Shown here: piece after piece, positions 1 to 12,612 of the stretch
How positions within the stretch are numbered: position 1 is the stretch's first letter
How the letters are laid out: each line of letters opens with the position of its first letter
Notes under the pieces: generated by a model
Databases searched by the model: none
What the model was told of the DNA's origin: nothing
Seen by the model: only the letters and a program-made list of their open reading frames with translations
From: Mobula hypostoma
Taxonomy: Eukaryota
Direction: 5' to 3'
Assembly (NCBI RefSeq): GCF_963921235.1
Contig: NC_086097.1
Location: forward strand, 38,194,001-38,258,000
DNA length: 64,000 nt
Made by a program: the position numbers and the translations under genes

Positions 1-454
1 AACCATAATATTCCATATAGTATGTGGTCAATCAACCAAATTAACTATTCATATTTTACTTTCTCATTGTTCTTCCCAGAGCTACTGACAGGGGCCTAGA
101 AAATCCAACTGGCAACGGAAATGTTAGAAATCAGAAATTACACTCATGACTTTAATTTTTTTCTTTATTTAGTGCAGGAGTTGGGCACAAATGGCAAGAC
201 AAAGCAAATTTTTTTTTCCTTCTGAGACTTGAGGCCATTCATTTCTGTCAATGCACATTTAGATCACCCAAGGTAAAGATGGCAGATTTTGTTTTCTATA
301 GGATATTAGTGAACCAAATGATTTACTTTTACTGTAATTTGGTATTTGGTATTTTCACAGTAGTTTACCAGTACTGATTTTAAGTTTTCATTGTAGTTTT
401 ATTTAATTAATTCAAATTCCCCGGCTGTCAATGTAGGATTCAAACTGAAATCTG

Positions 455-930
455 TGAGCCATTCATCAAGGAGGGAAGTACAGACAAAATCAGGTGAGAG
501 GGAAGATGGGTGGCGGAGGGGAAATGAGGTGAGAAGGTGGAAACTGCTAGGTGGAAGAGGTAAAGAAGAAGGAATCTGATAGGAGAGGAGAGTGGAGCAA
601 TGAAGAAGGGAAGGAGGAGAGACACCAGAAGGAGGAGAGGGGCAGGTGAGGTGGAGAGAAAAGGCCAGAATAGGGAATTGAAAGAGAAAGGGGAGAGAAA
701 AGAACTACAGTAAATCAATGTTCATGCTGTCAGATTGGAGGATGCTGAGATGGAGTATGAGGTGCTGCTCCTCCAACCTGACAGTGGCCTTATCATGGCA
801 GTAGAGGTGGTCATAGACTGACATGTCAGAATTGGAATTGTAAGTAGAATTAAAAAGGGTGGCCACCACAAAACCTCATCTTTTGTGATGGATGGATGGA
901 GCAAAGGTGCTCAATGAAGCAGTCCTTTGT
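455..930 (-). mobile_element. Penelope-like element 3' fragment (GIY-YIG endonuclease C-terminus plus pyrimidine-rich UTR)
   Basis: Minus strand ~870-712 translates VVATLFNSTYNSNSDMSVYDHLYCHDKATVRLEEQHLILHLSILQSDSMNID. Confidence 0.75.
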
Positions 931-3847
931 CAAGCACCTTAACTAAGGGAAAATTTCCAGAAAATTGCAGGGAGTATTATATAGTCACAAATTAGGCAGT
1001 TAATATCAATTTCAGCCACTTACAGTAACATGGACATGACTATAGCCACTAATGACACCATCCCAAAATGACACCAGTAATAACAGAATACACTATATAC
1101 TGGTCCAGGAAATCTCTCAAGCAGCAGGAAGAAGCATCATTAATCCATCTCCAATCACTTATCAGAAGAACTACGTTTTGAGCAAGCAACTCTTTGACTT
1201 TTCCCATGCCTTCACAAGTAGATGCAACTTGAAACTCGGTCATAGAACACTACAGCACAGACACCAGTCTATCTCGTCCATGCCTAGTCCCATCGACCTA
1301 CACCGAGACCATAGCCCTCCACACCCCTCTCATCTATATATCTATCCAAATTTCTCTTGTGTTGAAATCAAACCCAAATCCACCACTTCCACTGACAGTT
1401 CATTCCATACCCTCACCACCTGAGTGAAGAAGTTTCCCCGTGAGTTCCCCTTAAATATTTCACATTTCACTGGTAAGATGGTGGCGCGGTCAGACGTAGC
1501 AGCCTTTCTGGGTCCAGTCAAAAGTGTATTTGTTCGTCTTGTACATCCTTTTTTTTTAATGATTGAAAATCACCGCTGGATATGAAGAATATCAAGTACT
1601 GCAAGACCCGTCAGCAAGTTATTGATAGCGCTAGAGCTGGACTTATTGCATACTGTTCTTGAGTGCTGTTGGACACTGCATGGTCCAAAAAAAGGTGCCA
1701 GTGATTACCCTGAATGTTTTTATTCTGATCGCAAGACCCTGTTGGACATTGGTAACGTAGAACAGTGCAAATCCAGTTCACAGTTGAGACTGGGAGCGGG
1801 GAAGCTGTGTTGCCTCAGTCGTGGTGAGAACTCAGTCTCGGCTGTTCCCATCAGTCCTACCATCTAAGAAATCAGTCTGTTGTATCATCTTGTGCTCCTC
1901 CTTTGCTCAGGTAGGAACTAAATTGCACACACAACTCCAGATACGTTCACGTAAGATCCTGTGTGATTGAAGTAAGACATCCTTGCTCTCGTACTCAAAG
2001 CCTCTTATAACAAAGGTCAATGTACCATTTGCCTAACTCCTTGCCATATTTGCCAATTTGCTTTCAGTGACCAATACAAGGACAGCCAAATCCTTTTAAA
2101 AATCGAACTTTTCCAAATCTCTGCTTATTTGAATAATACTCTGCCATTGTTTTACCTGGCTGAATGGCCTTCTCATCAGACTTGTGTTGTTTCATTGTCA
2201 GGGAACAGATTTGTTGTACCATTACAATTCTACTTTCATACATGAATACACTGTGTTACATGGGCTATTAATCTTTGAACCTTCTCTGTCTGAAGTTCAA
2301 AATAATTACATGCATAAAAGAACAGCTTCAAGAAATTTCAGAAACTAATATACGATCAGAGTTTCTGATTGAATGAGTCAACAATTTTTAAAATTTCAAA
2401 AATAAATATTTTGGCTTCACCTAAATAAATGATGAATGGATGCAGAATCAACTGTAGCTTTGATAGGCACTTGACCTTACCGCATAGATAGTGGATATAT
2501 TCTTGTTTCCTTTTTCCAGTTTGTTTTATAAATCTCTTTTATAATCTATTTAAAAGTCACTCATCATAGGCAGGCGAGCCAGTGATCCCAGAAGACTTCA
2601 CCATCAAGCAGCAGCTGGTGGAGGGCCGGGCAACTACATGTCTTTTGTTACTCTTGAATGCAAGTCTCCCTGTGCACAATCCAATTACAGTAGTCTGGAT
2701 AAACAAAATGCAATCAGGCACACAGCCAGCACCAGCTGGTGATCAATGAAAAGACAAAACAGACTGCCAAATATTATTCCATAAAAAATTGCATATTTTA
2801 AGGTCAAAATACCTAGTGAGATTGAGATTTTTCACAATTTTTTCCTCCAGATAAAGATCACAGTAAATTTTGATACTTAACATGTTTATATTTACTATGA
2901 TCTGTTGTGAGCAAATAGTTTTGATATACATGTGTAAGTTTGCAATGTTGTAAGTGTGGTGGTGTGGGGGTAAGCTAAAGGTACTATAGAAAGACATGAA
3001 TTGTAAATAGTATTGGTCATTTGCAGAAGTGAGGCTTGGGGTTGGTGGGGTGTTTGAGGCAGAATATAATATTTGAAAATGCAGTCAGTTTCTGAACCTT
3101 CAAATGGGATCAGTGTGTAGGACTACATGCTGCCATTACCCACTATTGGTAACTGCTCCCTCTATCTTTGGAGGCTGTGTCTGGATTTTTTTTATTTACC
3201 AGCCAAGTCTCCAATGTCATCTTCAAGAAAAAAATAGGGTGGCCCTTCCCATATCATTCAGTTTCTTCTCTGCAGAGATACTACCTGGAAGACAATCAGT
3301 ACTGGTTTCTACTACATATGTTCAAGAAAGGACAACCAGCTTAAGCAGTGCAGACTAACTTTAACTGAAACTAGCCACACAGTATTTGTTTCCCGTTGCC
3401 CAGTACCACAGGGTAAAGATTGGCAAGAAATTAGCAGAGAAGCAAAAAAAAAGATGGCATTCTGCCAATATGCACTTAAATTAAAGTGCATATCAATCCC
3501 CGTCTGTCTTTTGTGCCTATATTTGACCAAGTGAGTTAAAGCTTTGACTAAAACAAAAGCTTCTCAAATATGCAGTCCAACACAACAGAAAGAAATAAAA
3601 ATAGAAAATGCTAGTGATTCTATTGGCTGACCTGAATACAATTTAAAATAATAATAAATGGTAGAGATAAATTCTAATCAAACTTAAAATTGGGCACAAG
3701 TTGTGGGCTAGACAGTAAAATATGGTTAACAGTTGACAAATACAATTTTTTATGTAATCATACGAACATCAAACTACAGTAAATACAAATATTGATGATA
3801 ACACAGTAAAAGTAATGGATACAAGTAGATCTCATCTTGGTAATTAT

Positions 3848-3853
3848 TTTATT
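3848..3853 (-). terminator. Candidate TTC8 polyadenylation signal AATAAA
   Basis: First canonical AATAAA I found downstream of the stop (~1 kb). The region is AT-rich, so it may be chance. Confidence 0.35.
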
Positions 3854-4853
3854 TTTTCTACAAATTAGGTTCAAATATTACAGATTTTTTTACATTTTAA
3901 CAATAAATAATTCATGAAATATAATTTAAATATAAAAGCTAAGTACTTCTTCTAAAATAATATACAATTGTATTCAATTCTAAACTTGCTATTTATCATA
4001 GTGTTTCAAGAGTTCTTACTCAGGCTCTTAATTTTCTTCACCTTCCCTAACTGCATCACCTGCCTGTTGTCTTACACCCTTTCACAGTCCACCAATCACC
4101 TCCAAATCCTTTCTTGCCACTTCCCTTCTCCACTCGATGCTGGTCATCTTGCCTCTTCATTCAGTTCTGATGCAGAGTTTTGACTCCAAACATTGATAAG
4201 TTCCTTTCTTCCAGCTGGTGCTGCTTGACCTGCTGAGTTCCACCAGCACCGTATATTGGTCCTAATTTTTTTTAAAATCTATTTTCAGTCAACTCTCATG
4301 TCAGCTGGCCTCATTACCAATGTCTACAAGCTACTTTTCAAGGCAGTTGGGTTATGAGGATCAAGTGTATTAATCTTTTCTTCCCCATTGTACCTGACAG
4401 AGGGACAACATTTGAAAATTTCTACAGTACAACCCACTGAAATTACAGGAGACAGAAGAGACTGCAAGTGCTGGAAGCTGGAATATAAAACAAACTGCTG
4501 GAAGAACCCAGCAGGTCAGGTAGCATTTGTAGAGGGAAATGGAAAAATCAGCATTTTGAGACTATCCATTTCCTGCTATAAATGTTACCAGATCCATTGA
4601 GGTCCTCATTTTGCTCCAATGAAATTATAAATGCTTGTATAAAACATCACACACATACGCAATGAACTAGTTTGTTCTTCATTAATCTAGCCTTATTTTT
4701 TTCATTAATATGCACAGGATGATACAAGGTCACAGTAGACCCAAGGTAAAGAATATTTATAAAACACATTTACTGCAAGCAAATACAAAATTATGTAGCT
4801 TTCTTCTTAACAACATACAGATATCTCTAAAGGTCATTAGGAATTGATTACAG

Positions 4854-4970
4854 TTACAGCATAGCAAAGTGTTGCTGCAATTGTTTGATTAATTGTTGAG
4901 TGTCAACATGTTCTGGAAAAGCAGTTGCTGATTTCTGTGCAGCTACATAACTGCTCTGCAGGTCTCCAAC
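4854..4970 (-). CDS. TTC8: TTC8 last coding exon 14 (VGDLQSSYVAAQKSATAFPEHVDTQQLIKQLQQHFAML*)
   Basis: 117 nt, ttttccag| acceptor, TAA at 4856-4854. The 14 exons sum to 1518 nt = 505 aa. Confidence 0.97.
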   Translation of the reverse strand, partial: VGDLQSSYVAAQKSATAFPEHVDTQQLIKQLQQHFAML

Positions 4971-5334
4971 CTGGAAAAAAATAAACACACATTGATGTTT
5001 TGTAGTTCATCAATCAAATGGAACCAAACAGTTGTAGAGAACAACTTCAGACTGGCTGAATGTTTTGTTAAGCATCTCAACCCACTTAAAAGTACTTTTA
5101 GATCATATATTGATCATGCCTTTCCTAAGCATGTCTGCAATGGATGCAACTATTGCTTCTTAGCTTGTCATTTTGCCTTGCACCATCATTCTTGTCTTGT
5201 CAGTTAACATTTTTGTCTTGAACTTTCTACTCTATCAATGGACTGTATTTTTTTTACATTCTCCACCACTTGTTCGCTCAAGTGGAATGCGCCAATTCTT
5301 GCTTGGATATCATTAATAACTTTCTACTGGTAAT

Positions 5335-5648
5335 CATGTGGATAGTCAGAGGCTTCTTCCCAGAGCTGAAATGGCTAACATGAGAGGGCACAGTTTTAAG
5401 GTGCTTGGAAGTAGGTACAGAGGAAATGTCAGGGGTAAGTGTATGGAATGGACTGCCGGCGACGGTGGTGGAGGTGGATACGATAGGGTCTCTTAAGAGA
5501 CTCCTGGATAGGTACATGGAGCTTAGAAAAATAGAGGGCTACGTGTAACCCTAGATAATTTCTCAGTTAAGTACATGTTCGGTACAGCATTGTGGGCCGA
5601 AGGGCCTGTATTGTGCTGTAGGTTTTCTATGTTTCAATGTTTCTATGT
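5335..5648 (+). mobile_element. CR1 3' end
   Basis: Paralogous to 52660-52972; (TTTCTATG)n tail. Confidence 0.75.
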
Positions 5649-5774
5649 ATTTGCCCAAAGTGCTGTTCAGAAACAGAGTGACAGAAGATATAAAAAGCCA
5701 AATTGAACATTGTGGGTAAACCTAATATAAACCTCAAAAAGTCTCCATCAGTGCTTCAGCTAGTAAGAATATCT

Positions 5775-5979
5775 ACCCACAAACACAAAATAATCTGCAG
5801 ATGCTGGGGTCAAAGCAACACTCACAACATGCTGGAGGAACTCAGCAGGTCGGGCAGCATCCATGGAAAAGATCGGTCGACGTTTTGGGCCGGAACCCTT
5901 CATCAGGACTGAAATATTGACTGATCTTTTCCACGGATGCTGCCCGACCTGCTGAGTTCCTCCAGCGTGTTGTGAGTGG
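5775..5979. mobile_element. Fold-back PLE-derived element with 9-bp TSD
   Basis: Inverted arms ~5818-5884 and ~5912-5977. AGAATATCT at 5766-5774 and 5980-5988. Confidence 0.75.
5874..5911 (-). ncRNA. Hammerhead ribozyme motif with G12A core mutation
   Basis: CAGTC-CTGATGA-AGGGTTCCGGCCC-AAAAC-GTC-GACCG. Confidence 0.65.
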
Positions 5980-6247
5980 AGAATATCTGGCCATCTGCAA
6001 AGGCCCATTGACCAAGAATAAAACAAATATATAAGCAACTTAATTTAGAATGGAGCTACATAACTAATTTCAGATTACCAGAATTTCTGCTAATCAGTTC
6101 TATATTTATGATAATTCAATTTCAATTGTTGTCAGAAAATCTGAAATATCTATAATACCTACCAAAATGTATAAATATCTTGATGGTCACAAAATACCGT
6201 ACATATAGCTATTAAATATCTACAGAGTACTTTTTTATATTCATTAC

Positions 6248-6331
6248 CTTATCTGAAAGTGCAGCAAAATTATAATGCGGTTCATACATGTGAGGAGCCA
6301 ATGCTGCAGCTGTCTGCAGAAATCCCCGAGC
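6248..6331 (-). CDS. TTC8: TTC8 exon 13 (ARGFLQTAAALAPHMYEPHYNFAALSDK)
   Basis: 84 nt, ctgaag| and |gtaatg junctions. Confidence 0.95.
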
Positions 6332-6451
6332 CTTCAGATACAAGTAAAAAATTACAAACGTTTGTAGATACTTAGAAATAAATATACAGCTTATTTTCCA
6401 AGATAAAACAATATTTTTCCAATACATTACATGACAATACAAGCTGCTCAC

Positions 6452-6574
6452 CTGTTCATGGTGCCCTTTGCGCATTTCCAAGACTGCTAAATTGTTATAG
6501 GCTTCAGCATGATTATTGTTGTTGGCCAGTGCCAGTTTAAAACACTGATGGGCCAAATTCATATCTCCTATTCC
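6452..6574 (-). CDS. TTC8: TTC8 exon 12 (GIGDMNLAHQCFKLALANNNNHAEAYNNLAVLEMRKGHHEQ)
   Basis: 123 nt, ttttag| and |gtgagc junctions, TPR. Confidence 0.97.
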
Positions 6575-8029
6575 CTAAAATACAACAATGTTAACTTACT
6601 AATAACATACATAAAGTGAGGTTATAGTGCTTTAAATGAAAACATGATCAGAAATGCATACTTACCTTTTATCATGTAGACATTTTTAGAACTGCACTTT
6701 ACGCCAGTCATAATATGATTTTATTCTTGATTAGCAAGGGCATCAAAGGGTATGGAGTGAAGGCAGGAGAGTGGGAATGACTGGAAGAATTGGAGCAGAC
6801 TCAATGGGCCAAATGGCCTACTTCTGCTCCTATATCTTATGGTCTTATGCTCTTAAAAGAGTGCATTTTTGTGAGGAAAATGAATATTTGGTGGCAAATT
6901 CCATTCTGGTGTTTAACTCAGGTTTCAGATGGAAAACATAGGACATGGTCAATTTGTTTGACATAACCTCCAACAATCTCTGCCTTCGAGAGGTGTCGGC
7001 AGTGAAAGCATAAAGTGACCACCATATGCAAGTGCCCCTACAAATCATACATCTTTTTAACTTGGAATAGTTTTACTGCTCCATCATCAGAATTTGGTCA
7101 GAATTCTGGAACTCCCACCCAGCTGGACTACAGTGATTTACCACTTCACAAAAGCAATTAGATGAGCAATGTATGCTAGTTTTGTCAATAATAAAATCAA
7201 GTATTTTCATTGAGGTTGTTGAACCTATTGCTACACCGAACCTCAGTCCGGCTATAGTTACTACCTTTTGAACCCGCTCTGTATAAACGTACATACCAGG
7301 TCACATTTCCACAGATGGTGTAAGGAACAATAGCTCCCATTTGCCCATTTTATCTTTACCACAACCTCCAGAGGTCACCTGGAAGTTTGAACACCACTTT
7401 GCAATCCATTTCATGGAGGCCCCACTTTATAGCAGTATAGCAGAAACAATTTGTACATTGAAAATATAATATCACTTTTTTGTTTGTTTCAACAGGCCTT
7501 GGATGCCACAAACATGGGATGACAGTTTGAGGTGATCAGGAAGGCAATTAACAAACAGTATGTTGAAATCTAAGAGTTAAAATTGTCAGTTATAACTTCA
7601 GCAAAGCTAAAGAGCTAATATCTCACCTACCTCCACTCTTAGACCACCTGGCCAATGCTGATTCAGTTTTAATATCAGAGAAATTATTAGTGTTTAATTT
7701 TATGGTACTTGAAAGATGACTTCATAAAAAAGAGTTACAGTTCAATATTATCTCAAGAGCAGTTTAGGTTTATAGAAAATTTGCAATTCAGGTCTTCAAT
7801 GACATATGTACATCATGATTTAATGAATCATCAGTAATGATTCAAGTTTTAAGTAAATAAATTAATAAACATTTCACAGATGTGATTAGTATTAACTTGT
7901 TAAAGAATGGTTCCTTAATATTCATCATTTCAAAATTTCCTTACTTACAGTTCTTAAATTTTGCAGCAAAAGCCTTATCACTATCATTTTATTTTATTTC
8001 GAGATACAACGTGGAAAAGACCCCTCTGC

Positions 8030-8225
8030 CCAACAACCCACCAATTTACTTTAGGACAATTTACAATGACCAATTAGCCTACAAACTGGTATGTCTTTTT
8101 GGGCTGTGGGAAGAAAGCAGAGCACCCGGAGGAAATCCACATGCACACAGGAAGAATGTACAAACTTTCTTACAGAGGATGCCAGAAATGAACTCCGAGC
8201 TGTAACAGCATTGTGCTAAACACAA
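8030..8225 (-). mobile_element. V-SINE/HE1-like SINE
   Basis: Reverse complement of the V-domain (gagcacccggaggaaatccacatgcacacaggaagaatgtacaaact). Confidence 0.65.
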
Positions 8226-8329
8226 TGTTACATTTCTGATATCAATCCAGTTTATTTTTCTTTTATTTTACATGGAACTCCATCTAACAAGAACAAAAAC
8301 AAAAACTGATGTAATGTAGCTATACATAC

Positions 8330-8504
8330 CACTGCTACGTGGCCAAGGTTATACCATACATCTGCAACTTCTTCATCATTCACAGCCAGGGACAATGCTC
8401 TTTCAAATGAGCTCAGAGTCATGTCATACTGTTGTGCATAGAAACAGCAGAGTCCTAGATTGTTGAAAAGCTGACAATTATAAACACCCATTTGGAGAAG
8501 TCGC
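8330..8504 (-). CDS. TTC8: TTC8 exon 11 (RLLQMGVYNCQLFNNLGLCCFYAQQYDMTLSSFERALSLAVNDEEVADVWYNLGHVAV)
   Basis: 175 nt, within ORF 8252..8536, ctgcag| and |gtatgt junctions, TPR. Confidence 0.97.
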
Positions 8505-9062
8505 CTGCAGAGAGTAATTTTTTTTATTAATTTCAAAATAACACGATCATTTCTATAATTGAAAATATCTCCATTGAGTTAAATAAAAATTGCGACAACT
8601 CCAAGATTTTTTGTTTTGATATTTCATTTAGTGGATCACTGTATTTCAATAATAAGGGTGTGCTGCCATGTTTTTTATTTGGATTTGTAAGAACTACTAA
8701 TAGGTTACATATTCAAATATTCTGTTTTTTATTTCAATGCAATTCTATTTTATTATCCCAATGACAACCACCATTTTGCTTGGCCTAACTAATGTTGCTC
8801 ATTGATAAAGAAATGTGGGAAAAAAAGTTTTAAGGTAATTTCCTTTTTCCTTGTGTGGGTAAATATCATCAGTATCTTGAACTACTAGATCTAACCTGTG
8901 ATATGGGTGGGTAGCAGTAGCTGCTTTCATACCAAACCAAAATCAGGAATCAGGTACCAGGACAAGACAGCACAAAAGTAAATAGACCTAAGAGAAATCA
9001 GGTTCATCAAAGTGGATTGCTCACCAAGAGTTGAAGATCAAGTCTAACAATTAAATTCTAAC

Positions 9063-10443
9063 AGTTTAGTTGGAAAGATATTGGAGTCAATCCTCAAGGA
9101 CGAGGTTATGAAATACCTCGAGGTGCATGACAAGATAGGCTGAAGCCAGCATGGTTTCATGAAGGGAAGATCCCGCCTCACCAACCTATTGGAATTTTTT
9201 GAGGTAATCTCGAATAAGATTGACAAGGGAGAGGCTGTGGATGTTGTGTATTTGGATTTTCAAAAGGCCTTCGATAAGGTGCCACATATGAGGCTGCTTA
9301 ATAAGATGAGAACCCATGGAATTATAGGAAAGATGTTGGAATGGGTGGAGCATTGGCTGACAGGCAGAAAGCAAAGGGTGGGAATAAAGGGATTCTATTC
9401 TGATTGGTTGCCGGTTACTAGTGGTGTTCCGCAGGGGTTGGTGTTGGGGCCGCTTCTTTTTACGATGTATATCGATGATTTGGATTATGGATTAAATGGT
9501 TTTGTGGCTAAGTTTGCGGATGACACCAAAATAAGTGGAGGAGCAGGAAATGTTGAAGAAACGGAAAGGTTGCAGAGAGACTTAGTTAGTTTAGGAGAGT
9601 GGGCAAAGAAATGGCAGATGAGATACAACGTTGACAAATGTACGGTTGTACATTTCAGAAGAAGAAATAATCGGGCAGATTATTATTTAGATGGGGAGAA
9701 AATTCAAAAATCGGAAGTGCAAAGGGACTTGGGGGTCCTCGTGCAGGATACCCTAAAGGTTAACCACCAAGCTGGATTGGCGGTAAGGAAAGCGAATGCT
9801 ATGTTGGCATTCATTTCAAGAGGAATAGTGTATAAGAGTAAAGAGGTGTTGATGAGGCTCTATGGGGCATTAGTGAGACTTCATTTGGAATACTGTGGGC
9901 AGTTTTGGGCCTCCTATCTTAGAAAGGATGTACTGATGTTGGAGAGAATTCAGAGAAGATTTACAAGGATGATTCCTGGAATGCAGGGGCTAACATACGA
10001 GGAGCGTTTGTCGGCTCTTGGATTGTATTCGTTAGACTATTGAAGAATGAGAGGGGATCTCATAGAAATGTTTCGAATGTTGAAAGGGTTGGACAGAGTA
10101 GATGTGGAAAGGTTGTTTCCCTTGGTGGGTGAGTCCAGGACAAGAGGCCATAGTCTTAGAATTAGAGGGTACCCAGTTAAAACAGAGATGAGGAGAAATT
10201 TTTTTAGCCAGGGGTCGTGGATTTGTGGAATTTGTTGCCACATACAGCTGTGGAGGCCCGATCATTGAGGGTGTTTAAGGAGGAGATTGACAGGTATCTA
10301 ATTCGTCAGGGTATCAAGGAATATGGGGAAAAAGCCGGAAATTGGAACTAGATGGGTGAATAGTTTAGCTCATGGAGGAGCTGCGGAGCAGACTCGATGG
10401 GCCGAATGGCCTACTTCTGCTCCTTTGTCTTGTGATCTTGTGA
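9063..10443 (+). mobile_element. 5'-truncated CR1-type LINE (RT C-terminal half plus 3'UTR)
   Basis: ORF 9159..10043 with YLDFQKAFDKVPH, GVPQG, KFADD; (TCTTGTGA)2 tail. Confidence 0.92.
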
Positions 10444-11085
10444 ATATCATCCAGGTTTTTCTTTCCAGATCACTAGAATGCTCACTTTGATATGCTCTAG
10501 CATCCTACATGTATTGGAAATCAGATATGCCTTTCTTTGGTGCTCTGGCTAAAGACCTAATGGCCATTATTTGTCCCTGAATAGCAAATTATGGGTTATT
10601 AAATTGTTGGTACTATCCAAGCCAAGTTTATGTACATATCAGCCATCAACCAGCACCTAGCCAGAAATCACAAAGGTGTTAGAAATCTGATTCAATTTCT
10701 CCATTCTAACTATACTTGACTATTAAAGACATATAGTGACAACACTATGGCCAGTTTTTCCCCATCAATGGCACTTGGCAACAAGACTAAGTGAGTGAGA
10801 TTCATTTTATGCACAGAATTTGTGCCTATCCCCAACTTGGTACATTTTTTCTGGAGAAATTACCCTATTTATATTGAATGTTGATGTAATTAGCATTTCT
10901 TCTATTTTTCCAATAGATTAACCAAGTTCAATGACTTTATTTGCTATCATTTTTGCTGTGAGACTTTAACATCAACTCATTTAATGACCACACTGCATCA
11001 GCCAACTGTCCACTTCTTAAAACTGAAAAATTAAACATCACACACTGTTATCAATTTTAGTTATTATCACAAATTATGATCTCAC

Positions 11086-11225
11086 CTATAGAATCGTAGT
11101 GCAATTTCTGGTTGGTCAGAATAAAAATGAATACTCCCTATGCAGGCAATGGCTTCTACATTAGTATTATCTTGTTTTAAGACTTCCTTATAATATTCAG
11201 TGGCAGATGCTATGTTGTTCATTTC
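11086..11225 (-). CDS. TTC8: TTC8 exon 10 (EMNNIASATEYYKEVLKQDNTNVEAIACIGSIHFYSDQPEIALRFYR)
   Basis: 140 nt, caacag| and |gtgaga junctions. Confidence 0.96.
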
Positions 11226-11347
11226 CTGTTGAATTCAAGAACATCTGTTATGAAGTGGCAAAAATCATGAAAAAGTACAAGCTGGTTCATATAGAATAGT
11301 TTTTCTCAATTCATAAGTACTGTAGATAATTTATCTGCATTACTTAC

Positions 11348-11458
11348 ATCATGTATGCGAGCTATTCCTGTAAGCAGTGTAACTTCTCCTGGGAAATGGT
11401 CCAGCCCTTGCTTGAAAAGGCCTAAAGCTGTCAATGGTTGGTCTAAACGAATGTAGAC
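11348..11458 (-). CDS. TTC8: TTC8 exon 9 (VYIRLDQPLTALGLFKQGLDHFPGEVTLLTGIARIHD)
   Basis: 111 nt, gaatag| and |gtaagt junctions. Confidence 0.96.
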
Positions 11459-11727
11459 CTATTCAAATAAATCAAAAATATTTAAGCAGGTACAAAAATA
11501 CATTCACAATTTCTTCTATTCAATCCTTCCTAACTGGTTGAACAAATGATAACAATTATCAATACAATATAGACTATGAATCTGCAGTGTATATAGTAAA
11601 ATAACCAACAGTCATTACTGTTCTTTATGTGCAAAGGGTATAGTTACATACTAATACCCAATAGTTGCTGTCTAATTTTCACTGTTCCACTGTTAAGTTC
11701 AGGAAGCTAATACATCATTATTCACTC

Positions 11728-12088
11728 ATCATAGGGTGGCAGGATGGAGATATGCCTCTACCAAAGGAGGCGCAAGGTGCTCCTTCCCTCCACTACAGAT
11801 CACCCTTGGGCAAGGTGTAGCACCCCCCCCCCCACAATCAGAGTCATATGAACGCATGGAGGTGGATGGTCATATGAGCAGCTGGTGCATATCTCAAGTC
11901 CTAGTTATGCGACCACTGATTCCAGGCAGAAAATCTCTACAGAGTATTGATAATGGCTGGGGTCACCAGCCTTGTAAAGAAACTGCCCAGAAGAAGGTAA
12001 TGGCAACTCACTTCTTAGAAAAATTTGCCAAGAATAATCATGGTCAAGACCATGATCGCCCATGTCATACGACATGGCACATAATAAA
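11728..12088 (+). mobile_element. SINE-like repeat with RTE-like tail
   Basis: GC-richer 360-bp block with tail aaggtaatggcaactcacttc...aaaatttgccaaga. Family assignment is tentative. Confidence 0.45.
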
Positions 12089-12544
12089 TGAAAAAAACTC
12101 ATCACAGGTAAATTTGGAATTCCATTATACTGCTGTATTTGTATGATGAATACAAACTTAATGCGTCACAGTTATTTAGGGCTTGTAATTAGTAGTGGAA
12201 GTGAATTTGGTTAATATATGCCAATCAATGTCTCAGCCAATAATTAGTAGTTAAAAATGTAGGATTTCATTGGTTTAGATTATGAAATTTTCCAGGAGTT
12301 GAAAAGGTGAAAAATGTAATTTTCCTACCTTTCCTTTATTTCTCTCACCCCCCAGTCTTTCTTTTCCTACACCCATTTATCTTTGTAATAACGGTTTGAC
12401 TTTAATTCTGCTCTTTCTCAGGCCTTTTTTGTGGTTGTTTCCTAATCCTCAAAGGAGATTCCTCAATGGTGAACTTGTTCTCTCAAGTCCTAGACACACA
12501 CATACACTTCCTTCATCGCTCACACTTTCACCAATTCTATAACC

Positions 12545-12612
12545 GTGTGTGTGTGTGTATATATATACATACACACACACACACACACACACAGATACAT
12601 ACACACACACAT
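12545..12612. repeat. Compound (GT)/(AT)/(AC) microsatellite in TTC8 intron 8
   Basis: Direct read. Confidence 0.9.

Noticed and set aside
440..718. Hydrophobic Leu/Ser/Pro-rich ORFs (also 26333..26584, 38826..39266)
   Set aside because: These are translations of the pyrimidine-rich PLE 3'UTR, not genes.
5025..5090. VVENNFRLAECFVKHL, resembling a GIY-YIG GET.RRL..RF.EH motif
   Set aside because: Too degenerate and short to call.
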